A stretch of 64,000 nt of DNA from Isurus oxyrinchus (Eukaryota): contig JANJGN010000140.1 in assembly GCA_026770705.1 (NCBI GenBank), positions 434,001 through 498,000 of the forward strand, read 5' to 3'. Below are positions 60,925-64,000 of the stretch, piece by piece (position 1 is the stretch's first letter; each line of letters opens with the position of its first letter). Position numbers and translations under genes: made by a program. The notes below the pieces were generated by a model. The model saw nothing but the letters and a program-made list of their open reading frames with translations, searched no databases and was not told the DNA's origin.

Positions 60925-62475
60925 GATACAGTGAGTGACAAGGTATTGGAGGTGTTGGCAGGCTTAAAAGTGGACAGATCTCCAGGTCCGGATGATTTGT
61001 GTCCCAGACTGCTGAGGGAGGCAAGGGAGGAGATCGCAGGGGCTCTGACCCAAATTTTTAATTCCCCTCTGGCCACGGGGGAGGTGCCAGAGGACTGGAG
61101 CACAGCTAATGTGGTTCCGCTATTTAAGAAGGGTTGTAGAGAGAAGCCAGGGAACTATAGGCCGGTGGGTCTTATGTCAGTGGTAGGGAAACTATTGGAG
61201 AAATTCTGAAGGAGAGCATCTATCTCCACTTGGAGAGGCAAGATTTGATCAGGGATAGTCAGCATGGCTTTGTCAGAAGGAGGTCATGCCTAACAAATTT
61301 GATTGAATTTTTTGAGGAGGTGACCAGGTGTAGATGAGGGTACTGCAGTTGATGTAGTATATATGGATTTCAGCAAAGGCTTTGACAAGGCCCCACATGG
61401 GAGACTTAGAAAGAAGGGTAATTTGCTAAGGTGGATCCAAATTGGCTTCGCTAAAGGAAGCAGAGGGTAATGACAGAAGGATGCTTTAGTGACTGGAAGC
61501 CAGTGTCCAGTGGCGTACCACAGGGATCTGTGCTTGGTCCGGGGGTGGGGATAGGATTAGAAAGTTTGCAGATGGCACTAAGATTGGCCAGGTGGTTAAC
61601 AGTGAGGTTGAGTGTCTTGGGCTGCAGGAAGACATAGGCGGGATGGTCAAATGGGCAGATAAGTGGCAGATGGAATTTAACCCTGAAAAGTGTGAGGTGA
61701 TACACTTTGGAAGGTGTAATTTGACAAGGAAGTATTCAATGAATGGCAGGAATTTCTGAGGAATAAAGGGACTTTGGCGTGTGTGTCCATAGATCTCTGA
61801 AGGTGGAGGGGCATTTTAGTGTGGTAGTGAAAAAGGCATATGGGGCACTTGCCTTTATCAGTCGAGGCATAGGTTACAAAAGTAGGGAGGTCATGTTGGA
61901 GTTGTATAGAACTTAGTGAGGCCACAGCTGGAGTACTGTGTGCAGTTCTGGTCGCCACATTATAGGAAAGATGTGATTGCACTGGAGGGGGTACAGAGGA
62001 GATTCACCAGGATGTTGCCTGGGATGAAACATTTAAGTTATGAAGAGAGGTTGGATAGGCTTGGGTTGTTTTCACTGGAGCAGAGAAGACTGAGGGGCGA
62101 CCTGATCGAGGTGTACAAGATTATGAGAGGCATGAACAGGGTGGATAGGGAGCAGCTGTTCCCCTCAGTTGAAGTGTCATTCACAAGGGGGCTTAAGTTC
62201 AATATGAGGGGCAGGAGGTTTAGGGGGGATGTGAGGAAAAACTCTTCTACCCAGAGGGTGGTGACGGTCTGGAATGCACTGCCTGGGAGGGTGGTGGAGT
62301 TGCCTTACATCCTTTAAAAAGTACCTGGATGAGCACTTGGTACATCATAACACTCAAGGCTATGGGCCAAATGCTGGTAAATGGGATTAGGTAGGTAGGT
62401 CCGGTGTTTCTCACGTGTCAGTGCAGACTCGATGGGCCGAAGGGCCTCTTCTGTGTGATTCTGTGATTCTGTGAA
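60925..62475 (+). mobile_element. CR1 LINE, 5'-truncated with internal deletions; same subfamily as 21937-23024
   Basis: SPGPDDLCPRLLREA...NVVPLFKKG...NYRPVGLMSVVGKLLE; RPQLEYCVQFWSPHYRKD; (GATTCTGT)n tail. Confidence 0.93.
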
Positions 62476-62791
62476 CTCATTCTTAAAACAGGAATAGTGA
62501 GAAATGTAGTTTGGTAGTATTTGAACCTACATCAGGGAAATCTAAAGGATTTCCAACCCATTTCCTGAGCAACTCAGCTCTGCACTCAGGCGCCATGTGC
62601 CTCTTAATGCTCTGTACATAAAATCAGAGAATGGCTTTGCAGAGAATAAAGACGTGGCCCCAGCTATTCCTCGCTGCCCTGCAATTCCTCCTGCCTCTTT
62701 TCGATCTTCCCTCCAGAATGGAGCACTATACTTGTCCCAAGCACACACTGAAGGATTTGGCTAAATTGACTGAAAATATGAACCATCTGAA

Positions 62792-62874
62792 ACTCAGTGG
62801 TGGGATTCAAACCCCACGCCTCCATAGAAACTGGAGCTTAAATCCAGCACCTTCAGCCATTCAGCTTCACCACC
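62792..62874 (-). pseudogene. tRNA-Leu(TAG/AAG family)-derived relic
   Basis: Minus: GGTGGTGAAGCTGAATGGCTGAAGGTGCTGGATTTAAGCTCCAGTTTCTATGGAGGCGTGGGGTTTGAATCCCACCACTG vs GGTAGCGTGGCCGAGCGGTCTAAGGCGCTGGATTTAGGCTCCAGTCTCTTCGGAGGCGTGGGTTCGAATCCCACCGCTG; many CpG-type changes. Confidence 0.8.
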
Positions 62875-63430
62875 ACGATCAATTCCGAAATTGTCATTGC
62901 CTTGACAGAAAATTTCAATCATCCTCCACCTTGTAGCATATGGGGACTCGGTAATGGAATAGTCTCCACTGAAAAAGAAACATCCAGAAAGAAACAATTT
63001 CCTCTTGCATCTTTCCAACGTGCTTTTTCTCTCTGAACCTTTTTAATATGAAGCTACACAGCTAATGTGAATGAAGCTTGTGGTGGTAAAACTGTGTCCA
63101 CCCCCTTGTGGAACTGAACCGAATTGATTCATTCCTGATCTGATCCACTCGCTGTGCAACAAAGAAGCCCCTTTAAAATTGTAGACTTTATCTTCTGTTT
63201 CCTCTCCTCTCCGACCAACATGAATCATTTCACAGTTCCTCCCATCAAATTTCAGCTGCCACTTGTCCATCCAAATGGATTTGTTGAAGGTGCCGAAAGG
63301 AGAACCGACTCAAACTGGGAATGAAAGAGTGAGAATGAAGGAAGAGAAGTGACGGGTTTTGTGGATCCTGGGGGAAAGAGACTCCGGGATCAGTTCATTG
63401 TGACAGTTCACACAGAACAAGAAAACAACA

Positions 63431-63478
63431 TTCCCTGATGAGGGCCGAACCCGGGCGGCAGGAGTGGGAGCGCCGAAT
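63431..63478 (-). pseudogene. tRNA-Glu-derived relic (3' two-thirds)
   Basis: Minus: ATTCGGCGCTCCCACTCCTGCCGCCCGGGTTCGGCCCTCATCAGGGAA vs ATTCGGCGCTCTCACCGCCGCGGCCCGGGTTCGATTCCCGGTCAGGGAA. Confidence 0.65.
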
Positions 63479-64000
63479 AACAGCGATGTTAGTTAAAACA
63501 CAGAAGGTTTGTTCAGCCAATTACAGCATAGAGTGTGTTCAACATGAACATGAAGTTAACAGTGAGGGGAAATTGTGCCACAAGCTGCGGATGTACAACT
63601 TTCAATTTCCAAAACCCACCAACAGAATCAATGCGGCTCCTCTGAAACTTTCAAGGCATATATTGATCCTCTATCAGGTGCTTTTACCAAAACTATCCAC
63701 AGTCCTCCTAGTGTGACCTAACCAGGGCTTTGTATAGCTGCAGCAAACCTTTCCCACTTTTCTCTAACAGTCTCTGTAACAGGTTGTACAGCAAGGGGAA
63801 TTAGATTGTACAGAGCGCCTGAGAAAAATGATGACATGCTTGATCTTAGTAAACTTCTTTTGAAAGTTCGGTATGAAATCAGCTGCATAAATACATTTTT
63901 TTGGTTCAAAAACTATATGAGATTTTCGAGTCCAACTCTTGATGTTATTGGGTCAGGGAAACTTTGTTAATGATCACGCAGTGCGCGTGGGCACTGCAGA

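Overview
Eukaryotic, repeat-rich DNA from a cartilaginous fish (shark-type). The core is one complete, unrearranged IgM heavy-chain minilocus on the + strand: promoter, leader (36325/36337-36382), VH (36509-36814) with 23-RSS, D1 (12/22-RSS), D2 (12/12-RSS), JH (23-RSS; 38050-38097), a 10.5-kb J-C intron, Cmu1-Cmu4 with secretory tailpiece (48607-51472), and TM1/TM2 (54512-54787). All exons are open and splice phases are compatible. Upstream lie an ~11-kb satellite of alternating 27-bp monomers with higher-order repeats, plus CR1, L2/CR1-like, RTE and Penelope-like retroelement fragments and tRNA-derived SINEs. Most noteworthy unexplained structure: (i) a 1.4-kb G-rich, RGYW-laden, switch-region-like repeat on the sense strand of the J-Cmu intron; (ii) a ~300-bp octamer-containing J-C intron segment duplicated at the window start beside a strong CTCF motif; (iii) a probable decayed Cys-containing exon between Cmu4 and TM1; (iv) a degenerate but obligatory D2 5' RSS with an orphan perfect nonamer nearby; (v) seven decayed tRNA genes 3' of the IgM gene; (vi) minimal hammerhead-ribozyme motifs in Penelope-like terminal repeats; (vii) a dense CRE/AP-1/E-box/TATA motif cluster in the Cmu2-Cmu3 intron. 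All alignments and identities were judged by eye; no database searches were run. Repeat boundaries are approximate.
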